31,351 nt of DNA. Source: Azolla caroliniana (taxonomy: Eukaryota; Plantae; Polypodiophyta). The position numbers were made by a program, and so were the translations under genes. Below are positions 11,466 through 25,147 of this stretch, piece by piece. The notes below the pieces were generated by a model, which saw nothing but the letters and a program-made list of their open reading frames with translations, did not search any database and was not told where the DNA came from. The stretch spans positions 1 to 31,351 of the forward strand of contig JBHGNT010000362.1 of NCBI GenBank assembly GCA_043228905.1, written 5' to 3'. Every line of letters starts with the position of its first letter. Within the stretch, counting starts at the first letter, position 1.

Positions 11466-14400
11466 TTTGGTTGGCCAAAACCCTTTATGAGTAGCTAGCC
11501 CACCTCCACTCTTAGTTCAAGTTACCTTGAACTCTCCATGCTCCACACATAGATACAAAGATAATATCTTTTGCTCCACCTTATATATGATGAGAGCTAT
11601 ATTTGTCGTGCCTATGTGGGATATCTCACAATTTTCTCCTTTCCTTTTACAAACTTTATACCCTCATATCTTGACATTTAGTTGTCCGTTTCTCGTGTAA
11701 TAAAGTGCATTCGAAACCTCCATCATTTTGTACTTAGATATTAAATCTATTTAAAATGTTATCTTCACAATTATTGTAATACGTGATTTATACTCGATTT
11801 CGTACGTTTTATGGCATTTTCACACTATTGCCGAAAATCTTCACGACACCGTCATACCGAACTTCTACAGCATATTCAATACATAATGTCGTTGAGACAA
11901 TAACATGTCATCGGGGGTGTGGATCACTTCGATCCCGAGAAAGTAATGAAGGTCCCCCAAGTCCTTCATCTCGAATGCGTTTGACAGCTGGGACTTTACT
12001 TGGCCAATTTCAGCAAAGTCGGGTCCGGTGACGACCAACTCGTCGACGTACAGTAGAATGCATACCGGACCTTTCGGACTTTTATGAAATGAACAATGAA
12101 GAGTCAGACTTGGAGGCTGCAAACCCCATCTTACACAATCAATGCGTGATCTTCGAGTTCCAAGCACAGGGGGCTTGCTTACGGCTGTAAAACGACTTCT
12201 TCAGTCTACATACTGCCGACTTGTTCTTCAAGATCACCTTGAAGAAACATGTTCATGTCCATCTAGTGGAGATGCCACCCCCTTGCCGTTGCGATTGCCA
12301 GCACCACATGAACCGATGACATCGTCATCTTCGCTGCCGGTGCGAAGGTCTCATCGTAGTCAATTCCGTGGGTCTGTGCATATCCCTTGGCCATCAGTTG
12401 GGCCTTGTACTGGTTGACTGAACCGTCGGCATTGTATTTCACCTTATACACCCACTTACATCCAATCGGTTTGCAGTTTCGAGGAGGGTCAACTAAGTCC
12501 CATGTCTCGTTGGAATCAAGTGCCCGCATTTCTTCCTCCATGGGCAAACGCCATTTAGCATCATGTGATGCCTCCGCTTAGCTCTCCGACTCGCGGACTT
12601 CCGCCACCTTCGTCATGTACGCATAATGGTGCGCCATGTACTCGTTATAACCATACTGGATCAACTACTTCTTGTGGCGAGTCGATCGGCGGAGCTTCTC
12701 ATTTGCTGATTTTAGGGCCCTCTTGGTTGCATCCGACCTCAACTCTTGAGGTCGGTCTTCCCTCCAGTTGGTGTCGGATTCTCCCATATCGATCCGATTC
12801 TAGATGTACACCGTTGTTCAAACCGCTTCGGCCCAGTAAAACTTGGGCATGGTCTTCTCCTCAAGCATTGCCCGTGTTGCTTCGACAATCGACCGATTTT
12901 TTCGTTCAGCTACGTCATTCTGCTCCGGTGTTTATGTCTACAGCTGAATTCTCGCCGAATTCCCATCTGTTGTAGATAACAATTGAACTGGCGGAAAAGT
13001 ATTCTTTTGCGTCGTCTGACTGCAGGCACTTGATCTTTCTTTCTATTTCCTTTTCTACCAGACTTTTTAGGTTCTAGAAACAGTCGAAGTCTTCACTCTT
13101 CTTTTCGATCAAGTAGATCCAATTGTGCCGGCTATATAGTCGTCGATGAAAGAGACGAAGTATTGACTTCCGCCTAGGCTCACATTATTTGTCAGTCCCC
13201 ATATTTCCCAATGTATTAAGTCGAGCTTATTCCGGCTCCGATTTCACTCGTTCGGGAAGCCTTCTGACCACTAAATTTCAGCAATCCGAAAACTACTTGA
13301 TCGTTTGCAGCTCTTGAAGCCTTTGATAGTTCACATGGCCGATCCGCTTATGCCATCAGTCAACGTCCGACTCGACTCTTTATCTTTTGGCGAACAGTGC
13401 AGTGCCTGCGCCATTTGGGTCGAGGATGAACATCCTCCCTTCCCGGCACCCTTGCGCGATGATTTGGCCTTCCTCTTCGATGAAGCACCCTAGGTGGGTG
13501 AACCGGATTTACATCCCTTGATCAACAATCTGCCCGACCGACAACAAGTTTTTCGTTATTGTCAGAACGTGCAGTAAGTTCATAACTATCCGCTTCTGTC
13601 CGACATGTTCGATCGGATGCAAGGTGTCGTCTCTGATTTCGACGACTCCCGGTTGTTCTGTTTCTCCAGGTAAGAGAACCACTATGTGGCTCGTCATATG
13701 ATTTGACGCTCCAGAGTCGACATACCACACCTCATTCGGTTTCAAGGTGCTCTTCTTCATTGAACTTGCCTTGTGCTTCATCACAAAGGTTGGGCCCTTT
13801 TTAGTTTTGGCTCCTTCCGACCCTTCGGGATATTGTGAACGCTGTCAATTTCCATGTTCGGCTCTGCCGGATCCGGATTTGTCCAAATCGGCGCACTTCT
13901 TCCAGCACTCACTCTCTCTATGGCCCTTCCAGCAACAATACTAGCATTCCGTTTCGGCCTTTGCTTGCCGGTTCTGGCGCCCCTTTGACCCCCCCCCTGC
14001 TTGTGGAGGGTCCATAACTGTTGTCGGCACCACCTATGTGCCTTCTTTCCTGCTCTTGTTGGCCGCCACCATTGCGTGCAAATCCACCTCGTCCTCCACA
14101 TCCACTGGGCCTATCTACCTCCGTGTACAGCACCAGTTGTCGGATTGTGTGCTCCTTGACGCACCCGCGTGGTTTTCTTCGACCAAAAGCATTGATTGTA
14201 GGTCAAAAAACGACAGTGGCTTCTCCAAATCGCCGTCCGGATCAGCCCGTACCTTTGCGCTAGGCCACCAAGGCAGATCTGCACCATTTCATCTCACAAA
14301 CATTTATGCTAATAAAAATAAATTAACTTCATTAGATCACATAAATATTCATAATTCAAATCCACACACAAAGAAATAGATATCTCTTTCTAATCTTGTA

Positions 14401-15049
14401 TCATATGAGTAGCTTTTCTGATAGAATCTAGATAAAAGATAGCAAAAAACTTTTAAAGATTCAAGATTTAATAATGTCAAGGATTAACTCATTAACTCAT
14501 GATATATGATAGATCTACTTGTACCCGGGCGTCTCAGGTAAAAAGCAAGGATCCGAGGCAACTTGATTACAATGGAATTCATTTAGTAAATGAAATAATT
14601 AATGTACCATTCTAGCCCTTTGCTACAAATAAAGAAACATGTTGCAATGCTCATCGACATTTGACCATTATTCTACAATCTATGCGTATTTTTTGAAATT
14701 GTATCCAGTTATCCAAACTATAATTGTTGGTGTACTAATTTGTCGTACCAATGTTGACGAATAACCACAACCAAAGATACTGCTTCTTGTTGTCCCGAAC
14801 AACATAACATAATGTTTTGTCCAATTTCATTTGAAACCTCTACCATTAATCGAATAATGGGATTAGGTTTAGAAATTGATGTTAGGAGAGAAAAATCAAA
14901 GTAATGTTTGTCATGAATCCTTCAAACATAATATTTACTATTTTGTTAATTGTACATTATCTTAACATCTACTTTAGGTCTTGAGTTTTTGAGTTGTCAA
15001 ACAGTTAACACATGATATGCGTCCGAAATTTGATATATGATATTGTCGT

Positions 15050-15122
15050 TTCCATTGCCGGGAGTTGAACCCGGGTCTCTCGGGTGAGAGCCGAGTATCC
15101 TAACCAACTAGACTACAATGGA
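15050..15122 (-). tRNA. trnE-CUC: tRNA-Glu(CUC)
   Basis: TCCATTG TA GTCT AGTTGGTTA GGAT A CTCGG CT CTC AC CCGAG AGAC CCGGG TTCAACT CCCGG CAATGGA A; all stems pair; typical plant cytosolic tRNA-Glu. Confidence 0.95.
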
Positions 15123-15430
15123 TCACATTTTGTGTGCTTTTTATCGTAACAATCATAGATTCGTAATACATAATATTTATATATTGCTTAATCTAGGATC
15201 CGAACCAACTCGACTACAATGGAATTCATTTAGTAAATGATTTAGTTAATGTAATATTCTAGTGGTTTACTTCAAATATAAAAACATGGTGCAATGCTCA
15301 TCGACAATTGACCAATAGTATGCAATCTATGCGTATTGTTTGAAATTGTATTGTGATATCCAAACTATAATTGTTGGTGTACTAATTTGTCGTACCAATG
15401 TTGACGATTAACCAAAACCACTATATTCGT

Positions 15431-15503
15431 TTCCATTGCCGGGAGTTGAACCCGGGTCTCTCGGGTGAGAGCCGAGTATCCTAACCAACTAGACTACAAT
15501 GGA
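15431..15503 (-). tRNA. trnE-CUC: tRNA-Glu(CUC)
   Basis: Identical to consensus; TTTT 13 nt downstream. Confidence 0.95.
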
Positions 15504-17054
15504 TCACATTTTGTGTGCTTTTTATCGTAATAATCAGTGATTCGTAATAAATAATATTTATATATTGCTTAAACAAGCATCCGAACCATCTAGACTACAA
15601 TGGAATTAATTTAGTAAATGATTTAGTTAATGAAATATTCCAGTGGTTTACTGCAAATATAGAAACATGGTGCAATGCCCATCGACAGTTGACCAATAGT
15701 CTGCGATCTATGCGTATTGTTTGAAATTGTATTGTGATATCCAAACTATAATTGTTGGTGTACTAATTTGTCGTACCAATGTTGACGATTAACCAAAACC
15801 AAATATACTGCTTCTTGTTGTCCCGAACAACATAATGTTGTCCCTAACGAACTACATTACAATGGCTCCTATCTTGTGGATAGATATATTGCAATCATAG
15901 ATTAGTAATAAATAATATTTACATATTGCGTAACCATCAACAAGAAACTGAGGATTGCTCTCACACACTCTCGTTTTAAACATTTAATCATTTCAAGGGG
16001 TTTTATCGATGTGACATTACATAATGATCTATGATGTATCTAGTTTTTCCAAAGCCTATTGTTATACCCCAGAGCCTCGTGTAAAAAACAAGGATCCAAA
16101 CAAACTAGACTACAATAGAATTGATTCAGTACATGAATTAGTTAATATAATATTCTAGAGCTTTGCTTCAAATAAAGAACTATGACGCAATGTTGATCGA
16201 GAGTTCACCATTATTCTACAATCTATGCGTATTTCGGGAAACTCCATGAAGTTATCCTAACTATAATTGTCGGTGTACTAATTTGTCGTAACCATGTTGA
16301 CAAATAACCACGACTAAATACATTGTTTCTTCTTGTCCCGAACAACCTAATGTTTTGTCAAATTTTCATTTGAAACCTCTCCTATTAATTGAATAATGGG
16401 ATTAAGTTTGCAAGCATCCACAAAAAACTGAGTATTATTCTAACACACTTTCATTTTTAACATTTAGTAATGTCAAGGGTTTTTATCGATGCCACATTAA
16501 CTCCTGATATATGATAGATCTACTTGTACCAGGACGTGTCAGGTAAAAAGCAAGGATCCGAGGCAACTTGATTACAATGGAATTCATTTAATAAATGAAA
16601 TAGTTAATGTACCATTCTAGACCTTTGTTACAAATAAAGAAACATGGTGCAATGCTCATCGACATTTGACCATTATTTTGCAATCTATGCGTATTTTTTG
16701 AAATTGTATCCGGTTATCCAAACTATAATTGTTGGTGTACTAATTTGTCGTACCAATGTTGACGAATAACCACAACCAAAGATACTGCTTCTTGTTGTCC
16801 CGAACAACATAACATAATGTTTTGTCCAATTTCATTTGAAACCTCTACCATTAATCGAATAATGGGATTAAGTTTAGAAATTGATGTCAGGAGAGAAAAA
16901 TCAAAGTAATGTTTGTCATGAATCCTTCAAACATAATATTGACTATTTTGTTAATTGTACATTATCTTAACATCTACTTTAGGTCTTGAGTTTTTGAGTT
17001 GTCAAACAGTTAACACATGAAATGCGTCCGAAATTTGATATATGATATTGTCGT

Positions 17055-17127
17055 TTCCATTGCCGGGAGTTGAACCCGGGTCTCTCGGGTGAGAGCCGAG
17101 TATCCTAACCAACTAGACTACAATGGA
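17055..17127 (-). tRNA. trnE-CUC: tRNA-Glu(CUC)
   Basis: Identical to consensus. Confidence 0.95.
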
Positions 17128-17435
17128 TCACATTTTGTGTGCTTTTTATCGTAACAATCATAGATTCGTAATACATAATATTTATATATTGCTTAATCTA
17201 GGATCCGAACCAACTCGACTACAATGGAATTCATTTAGTAAATGATTTAGTTAATGTAATATTCTAGTGGTTTACTTCAAATATAAAAACATGGTGCAAT
17301 GCTCATCGACAATTGACCAATAGTATGCAATCTATGCGTATTGTTTGAAATTGTATTGTGATATCCAAACTATAATTGTTGGTGTACTAATTTGTCGTAC
17401 CAATGTTGACGATTAACCAAAACCACTATATTCGT

Positions 17436-17508
17436 TTCCATTGCCGGGAGTTGAACCCGGGTCTCTCGGGTGAGAGCCGAGTATCCTAACCAACTAGACT
17501 ACAATGGA
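17436..17508 (-). tRNA. trnE-CUC: tRNA-Glu(CUC)
   Basis: Identical to consensus. Confidence 0.95.
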
Positions 17509-19059
17509 TCACATTTTATGTGCTTTTTATCGTAATAATCAGTGATTCGTAATAAATAATATTTATATATTGCTTAAACAAGCATCCGAACCATCTAGAC
17601 TACAATGGAATTAATTTAGTAAATGATTTAGTTAATGAAATATTCCAGTGGTTTACTGCAAATATAGAAACATGGTGCAATGCCCATCGACAATTGATCA
17701 ATAGTCTGCGATCTATGCGTATTGTTTGAAATTGTATTGTGATATCCAAACTATAATTGTTGGTGTACTAATTTGTCGTACCAATGTTGACGATTAACCA
17801 AAACCAAATATACTCCTTCTTGTTGTCCCGAACAACATAATGTTGTCCCTAACGAACTACATTACAATGGCTCCTATCTTGTGGATAGATATATTGCAAT
17901 CATAGATTAGTAATAAATAATATTTACATATTGCGTAACCATCAACAAGAAACTGAGGATTGCTCTCACACACTCTCGTTTTTAACATTTAATCATTTCA
18001 AGGGGTTTTATCGATGTGACATTACATAATGATCTATGATGTATCTAGTTTTTCCAAAGCCTATTGTTATACCCCAGAGCCTCGTGTAAAAAACAAGGAT
18101 CCAAACAAACTAGACTACAATAGAATTGATTCAGTACATGAATTAGTTAATATAATATTCTAGAGCTTTGCTTCAAATAAAGAACTATGACGCAATGTTG
18201 ATCGAGAGTTCACCATTATTCTACAATCTATGCGTATTTCGGGAAACTCCATGAAGTTATCCTAACTATAATTGTCGGTGTACTAATTTGTCGTAACCAT
18301 GTTGACAAATAACCACGACTAAATACATTGTTTCTTCTTGTCCCGAACAACCTAATGTTTTGTCAAATTTTCATTTGAAACCTCTCCTATTAATTGAATA
18401 ATGGGATTAAGTTTGCAAGCATCCACAAAAAACTGAGTATTATTCTAACACACTTTCATTTTTAACATTTAGTAATGTCAAGGGTTTTTATCGATGCCAC
18501 ATTAACTCCTGATATATGATAGATCTACTTGTACCAGGACGTGTCAGGTAAAAAGCAAGGATCCGAGGCAACTTGATTACAATGGAATTCATTTAATAAA
18601 TGAAATAGTTAATGTACCATTCTAGACCTTTGTTACAAATAAAGAAACATGGTGCAATGCTCATCGACATTTGACCATTATTTTGCAATCTATGCGTATT
18701 TTTTGAAATTGTATCCGGTTATCCAAACTATAATTGTTGGTGTACTAATTTGTCGTACCAATGTTGACGAATAACCACAACCAAAGATACTGCTTCTTGT
18801 TGTCCCGAACAACATAACATAATGTTTTGTCCAATTTCATTTGAAACCTCTACCATTAATCGAATAATGGGATTAAGTTTAGAAATTGACGTTAGGAGAG
18901 AAAAATCAAAGTAATGTTTGTCATGAATCCTTCAAACATAATATTTACTATTTTGTTAATTGTACATTATCTTAACATCTACTTTAGGTCTTGAGTTTTT
19001 GAGTTGTCAAACAGTTAACACATGAAATGCGTCCGAAATTTGATATATGATATTGTTGT

Positions 19060-19132
19060 TTCCATTGCCGGGAGTTGAACCCGGGTCTCTCGGGTGAGAG
19101 CCGAGTATCCTAACCAACTAGACTACAATGGA
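19060..19132 (-). tRNA. trnE-CUC: tRNA-Glu(CUC)
   Basis: Identical to consensus. Confidence 0.95.
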
Positions 19133-19440
19133 TCACATTTTGTGTGCTTTTTATCGTAACAATCATAGATTCGTAATACATAATATTTATATATTGCTTA
19201 ATCTAGGATCCGAACCAACTCGACTACAATGGATTTCATTTAGTAAATGATTTAGTTAATGTAATATTCTAGTGGTTTACTTCAAATATAAAAACATGGT
19301 GCAATGCTCATCGACAATTGACCAATAGTATGCAATCTATGCGTATTGTTTGAAATTGTATTGTGATATCCAAACTATAATTGTTGGTGTACTAATTTGT
19401 CGTACCAATGTTGACGATTAACCAAAACCACTATATTCGT

Positions 19441-19513
19441 TTCCATTGCCGGGAGTTGAACCCGGGTCTCTCGGGTGAGAGCCGAGTATCCTAACCAACT
19501 AGACTACAATGGA
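19441..19513 (-). tRNA. trnE-CUC: tRNA-Glu(CUC)
   Basis: Identical to consensus. Confidence 0.95.
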
Positions 19514-21064
19514 TCACATTTTGTGTGCTTTTTATCGTAATAATCAGTGATTCGTAATAAATAATATTTATATATTGCTTAAACAAGCATCCGAACCATC
19601 TAGACTACAATGGAATTAATTTAGTAAATGATTTAGTTAATGAAATATTCCAGTGGTTTACTGCAAATATAGAAACATGGTGCAATGCCCATCGACAGTT
19701 GACCAATAGTCTGCGATCTATGCGTATTGTTTGAAATTGTATTGTGATATCCAAACTATAATTGTTGGTGTACTAATTTGTCGTACCAATGTTGACGATT
19801 AACCAAAACCAAATATACTGCTTCTTGTTGTCCCGAACAACATAATGTTGTCCCTAACGAACTACATTACAATGGCTCCTATCTTGTGGATAGATATATT
19901 GCAATCATAGATTAGTAATAAATAATATTTACATATTGCGTAACCATCAACAAGAAACTGAGGATTGCTCTCACACACTCTCGTTTTTAACATTTAATCA
20001 TTTCAAGGGGTTTTATCGATGTGACATTACATAATGATCTATGATGTATCTAGTTTTTCCAAAGCCTATTGTTATACCCCAGAGCCTCGTGTAAAAAACA
20101 AGGATCCAAACAAACTAGACTACAATAGAATTGATTCAGTACATGAATTAGTTAATATAATATTCTAGAGCTTTGCTTCAAATAAAGAACTATGACGCAA
20201 TGTTGATCGAGAGTTCACCATTATTCTACAATCTATGCGTATTTCGGGAAACTCCATGAAGTTATCCTAACTATAATTGTCGGTGTACTAATTTGTCGTA
20301 ACCATGTTGACAAATAACCACGACTAAATACATTGTTTCTTCTTGTCCCGAACAACCTAATGTTTTGTCAAATTTTCATTTGAAACCTCTCCTATTAATT
20401 GAATAATGGGATTAAGTTTGCAAGCATCCACAAAAAACTGAGTATTATTCTAACACACTTTCATTTTTAACATTTAGTAATGTCAAGGGTTTTCATCGAT
20501 GCCACATTAACTCCTGATATATGATAGATCTACTTGTACCAGGACGTGTCAGGTAAAAAGCAAGGATCCGAGGCAACTTGATCACAATGGAATTCATTTA
20601 ATAAATGAAATAGTTAATGTACCATTCTAGACCTTTGTTACAAATAAAGAAACATGGTGCAATGCTCATCGACATTTGACCATTATTTTGCAATCTATGC
20701 GTATTTTTTGAAATTGTATCCGGTTATCCAAACTATAATTGTTGGTGTACTAATTTGTCGTACCAATGTTGACGAATAACCACAACCAAAGATACTGCTT
20801 CTTGTTGTCCCGAACAACATAACATAATGTTTTGTCCAATTTCATTTGAAACCTCTACCATTAATCGAATAATGGGATTAAGTTTAGAAATTGATGTCAG
20901 GAGAGAAAAATCAAAGTAATGTTTGTCATGAATCCTTCAAACATAATATTGACTATTTTGTTAATTGTACATTATCTTAACATCTACTTTAGGTCTTGAG
21001 TTTTTGAGTTGTCAAACAGTTAACACATGAAATGCGTCCGAAATTTGATATATGATATTGTCGT

Positions 21065-21137
21065 TTCCATTGCCGGGAGTTGAACCCGGGTCTCTCGGGT
21101 GAGAGCCGAGTATCCTAACCAACTAGACTACAATGGA
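21065..21137 (-). tRNA. trnE-CUC: tRNA-Glu(CUC)
   Basis: Identical to consensus. Confidence 0.95.
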
Positions 21138-21445
21138 TCACATTTTGTGTGCTTTTTATCGTAACAATCATAGATTCGTAATACATAATATTTATATATT
21201 GCTTAATCTAGGATCCGAACCAACTCGACTACAATGGATTTCATTTAGTAAATGATTTAGTTAATGTAATATTCTAGTGGTTTACTTCAAATATAAAAAC
21301 ATGGTGCAATGCTCATCGACAATTGACCAATAGTATGCAATCTATGCGTATTGTTTGAAATTGTATTGTGATATCCAAACTATAATTGTTGGTGTACTAA
21401 TTTGTCGTACCAATGTTGACGATTAACCAAAACCACTATATTCGT

Positions 21446-21518
21446 TTCCATTGCCGGGAGTTGAACCCGGGTCTCTCGGGTGAGAGCCGAGTATCCTAAC
21501 CAACTAGACTACAATGGA
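21446..21518 (-). tRNA. trnE-CUC: tRNA-Glu(CUC)
   Basis: Identical to consensus. Confidence 0.95.
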
Positions 21519-23069
21519 TCACATTTTGTGTGCTTTTTATCGTAATAATCAGTGATTCGTAATAAATAATATTTATATATTGCTTAAACAAGCATCCGAA
21601 CCATCTAGACTACAATGGAATTAATTTAGTAAATGATTTAGTTAATGAAATATTCCAGTGGTTTACTGCAAATATAGAAACATGGTGCAATGCCCATCGA
21701 CAGTTGACCAATAGTCTGCGATCTATGCGTATTGTTTGAAATTGTATTGTGATATCCAAACTATAATTGTTGGTGTACTAATTTGTCGTACCAATGTTGA
21801 CGATTAACCAAAACCAAATATACTGCTTCTTGTTGTCCCGAACAACATAATGTTGTCCCTAACGAACTACATTACAATGGCTCCTATCTTGTGGATAGAT
21901 ATATTGCAATCATAGATTAGTAATAAATAATATTTACATATTGCGTAACCATCAACAAGAAACTGAGGATTGCTCTCACACACTCTCGTTTTTAACATTT
22001 AATCATTTCAAGGGGTTTTATCGATGTGACATTACATAATGATCTATGATGTATCTAGTTTTTCCAAAGCCTATTGTTATACCCCAGAGCCTCGTGTAAA
22101 AAACAAGGATCCAAACAAACTAGACTACAATAGAATTGATTCAGTACATGAATTAGTTAATATAATATTCTAGAGCTTTGCTTCAAATAAAGAACTATGA
22201 CGCAATGTTGATCGAGAGTTCACCATTATTCTACAATCTATGCGTATTTCGGGAAACTCCATGAAGTTATCCTAACTATAATTGTCGGTGTACTAATTTG
22301 TCGTAACCATGTTGACAAATAACCACGACTAAATACATTGTTTCTTCTTGTCCCGAACAACCTAATGTTTTGTCAAATTTTCATTTGAAACCTCTCCTAT
22401 TAATTGAATAATGGGATTAAGTTTGCAAGCATCCACAAAAAACTGAGTATTATTCTAACACACTTTCATTTTTAACATTTAGTAATGTCAAGGGTTTTCA
22501 TCGATGCCACATTAACTCCTGATATATGATAGATCTACTTGTACCAGGACGTGTCAGGTAAAAAGCAAGGATCCGAGGCAACTTGATCACAATGGAATTC
22601 ATTTAATAAATGAAATAGTTAATGTACCATTCTAGACCTTTGTTACAAATAAAGAAACATGGTGCAATGCTCATCGACATTTGACCATTATTTTGCAATC
22701 TATGCGTATTTTTTGAAATTGTATCCGGTTATCCAAACTATAATTGTTGGTGTACTAATTTGTCGTACCAATGTTGACGAATAACCACAACCAAAGATAC
22801 TGCTTCTTGTTGTCCCGAACAACATAACATAATGTTTTGTCCAATTTCATTTGAAACCTCTACCATTAATCGAATAATGGGATTAAGTTTAGAAATTGAT
22901 GTCAGGAGAGAAAAATCAAAGTAATGTTTGTCATGAATCCTTCAAACATAATATTGACTATTTTGTTAATTGTACATTATCTTAACATCTACTTTAGGTC
23001 TTGAGTTTTTGAGTTGTCAAACAGTTAACACATGAAATGCGTCCGAAATTTGATATATGATATTGTCGT

Positions 23070-23142
23070 TTCCATTGCCGGGAGTTGAACCCGGGTCTCT
23101 CGGGTGAGAGCCGAGTATCCTAACCAACTAGACTACAATGGA
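23070..23142 (-). tRNA. trnE-CUC: tRNA-Glu(CUC)
   Basis: Identical to consensus. Confidence 0.95.
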
Positions 23143-23450
23143 TCACATTTTGTGTGCTTTTTATCGTAACAATCATAGATTCGTAATACATAATATTTAT
23201 ATATTGCTTAATCTAGGATCCGAACCAACTCGACTACAATGGATTTCATTTAGTAAATGATTTAGTTAATGTAATATTCTAGTGGTTTACTTCAAATATA
23301 AAAACATGGTGCAATGCTCATCGACAATTGACCAATAGTATGCAATCTATGCGTATTGTTTGAAATTGTATTGTGATATCCAAACTATAATTGTTGGTGT
23401 ACTAATTTGTCGTACCAATGTTGACGATTAACCAAAACCACTATATTCGT

Positions 23451-23523
23451 TTCCATTGCCGGGAGTTGAACCCGGGTCTCTCGGGTGAGAGCCGAGTATC
23501 CTAACCAACTAGACTACAATGGA
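23451..23523 (-). tRNA. trnE-CUC: tRNA-Glu(CUC)
   Basis: Identical to consensus. Confidence 0.95.
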
Positions 23524-25074
23524 TCACATTTTGTGTGCTTTTTATCGTAATAATCAGTGATTCGTAATAAATAATATTTATATATTGCTTAAACAAGCAT
23601 CCGAACCATCTAGACTACAATGGAATTAATTTAGTAAATGATTTAGTTAATGAAATATTCCAGTGGTTTACTGCAAATATAGAAACATGGTGCAATGCCC
23701 ATCGACAGTTGACCAATAGTCTGCGATCTATGCGTATTGTTTGAAATTGTATTGTGATATCCAAACTATAATTGTTGGTGTACTAATTTGTCGTACCAAT
23801 GTTGACGATTAACCAAAACCAAATATACTGCTTCTTGTTGTCCCGAACAACATAATGTTGTCCCTAACGAACTACATTACAATGGCTCCTATCTTGTGGA
23901 TAGATATATTGCAATCATAGATTAGTAATAAATAATATTTACATATTGCGTAACCATCAACAAGAAACTGAGGATTGCTCTCACACACTCTCGTTTTTAA
24001 CATTTAATCATTTCAAGGGGTTTTATCGATGTGACATTACATAATGATCTATGATGTATCTAGTTTTTCCAAAGCCTATTGTTATACCCCAGAGCCTCGT
24101 GTAAAAAACAAGGATCCAAACAAACTAGACTACAATAGAATTGATTCAGTACATGAATTAGTTAATATAATATTCTAGAGCTTTGCTTCAAATAAAGAAC
24201 TATGACGCAATGTTGATCGAGAGTTCACCATTATTCTACAATCTATGCGTATTTCGGGAAACTCCATGAAGTTATCCTAACTATAATTGTCGGTGTACTA
24301 ATTTGTCGTAACCATGTTGACAAATAACCACGACTAAATACATTGTTTCTTCTTGTCCCGAACAACCTAATGTTTTGTCAAATTTTCATTTGAAACCTCT
24401 CCTATTAATTGAATAATGGGATTAAGTTTGCAAGCATCCACAAAAAACTGAGTATTATTCTAACACACTTTCATTTTTAACATTTAGTAATGTCAAGGGT
24501 TTTTATCGATGCCACATTAACTCATGATATATGATAGATCTACTTGTACCAGGACGTGTCAGGTAAAAAGCAAGGATCCGAGGCAACTTGATTACAATGG
24601 AATTCATTTAATAAATGAAATAGTTAATGTACCATTCTAGACCTTTGTTACAAATAAAGAAACATGGTGCAATGCTCATCGACATTTGACCATTATTTTG
24701 CAATCTATGCGTATTTTTTGAAATTGTATCCGGTTATCCAAACTATAATTGTTGGTGTACTAATTTGTCGTACCAATGTTGACGAATAACCACAACCAAA
24801 GATACTGCTTCTTGTTGTCCCGAACAACATAACATAATGTTTTGTCCAATTTCATTTGAAACCTCTACCATTAATCGAATAATGGGATTAAGTTTAGAAA
24901 TTGATGTCAGGAGAGAAAAATCAAAGTAATGTTCGTCATGAATCCTTCAAACATAATATTGACTATTTTGTTAATTGTACATTATGGTAACATCTACTTT
25001 AGGTCTTGAGTTTTTGAGTTGTCAAATAGTTAACACATGATATGCGTCCGAAATTTAATATATGATATTGTCGT

Positions 25075-25147
25075 TTCCATTGCCGAGAGTTGAACCCGGG
25101 TCTCTCGGGTGAGAGCCGAGTATCCTAACCAACTAGACTACAATGGA
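25075..25147 (-). tRNA. trnE-CUC: tRNA-Glu(CUC), T-stem variant
   Basis: One C>T in the T stem (CTCGG), giving a G-U pair. Confidence 0.85.

Larger units (their letters stand above)
10709..11848. mobile_element. Nested 1140-bp solo-LTR-like insertion with 9-bp terminal inverted repeats and 4-bp TSD
   Basis: Ends TGTCGTGAA...TTCACGACA, flanked by CCGT on both sides. Removing it plus one CCGT restores the Copia RT frame KFGMTDCRYVSTP. Confidence 0.9.
9054..14293 (-). mobile_element. Degenerate, 5'-truncated Ty1/copia retrotransposon (gag 3' part, PR, IN, RT, RNase H, 3' LTR), possibly moss Bryco/RLC5-like
   Basis: gag RGRGG region and zinc knuckle ~13880-14290; PR WYVDSGASNHMT; integrase remnants ~12800-13300; RT ETWDLV..PIGCKWVYKVKYNADGSV..AKGYAQTHGIDYDETFAP and LYVDEL..FEMKDLGDLHYFLGIEV; RNase H CDNISSIQLAKNPVFHARTKHIEV..QVADIFTKAL (~10140-10330); many frameshifts. 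The lineage name is inference. Confidence 0.92.
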
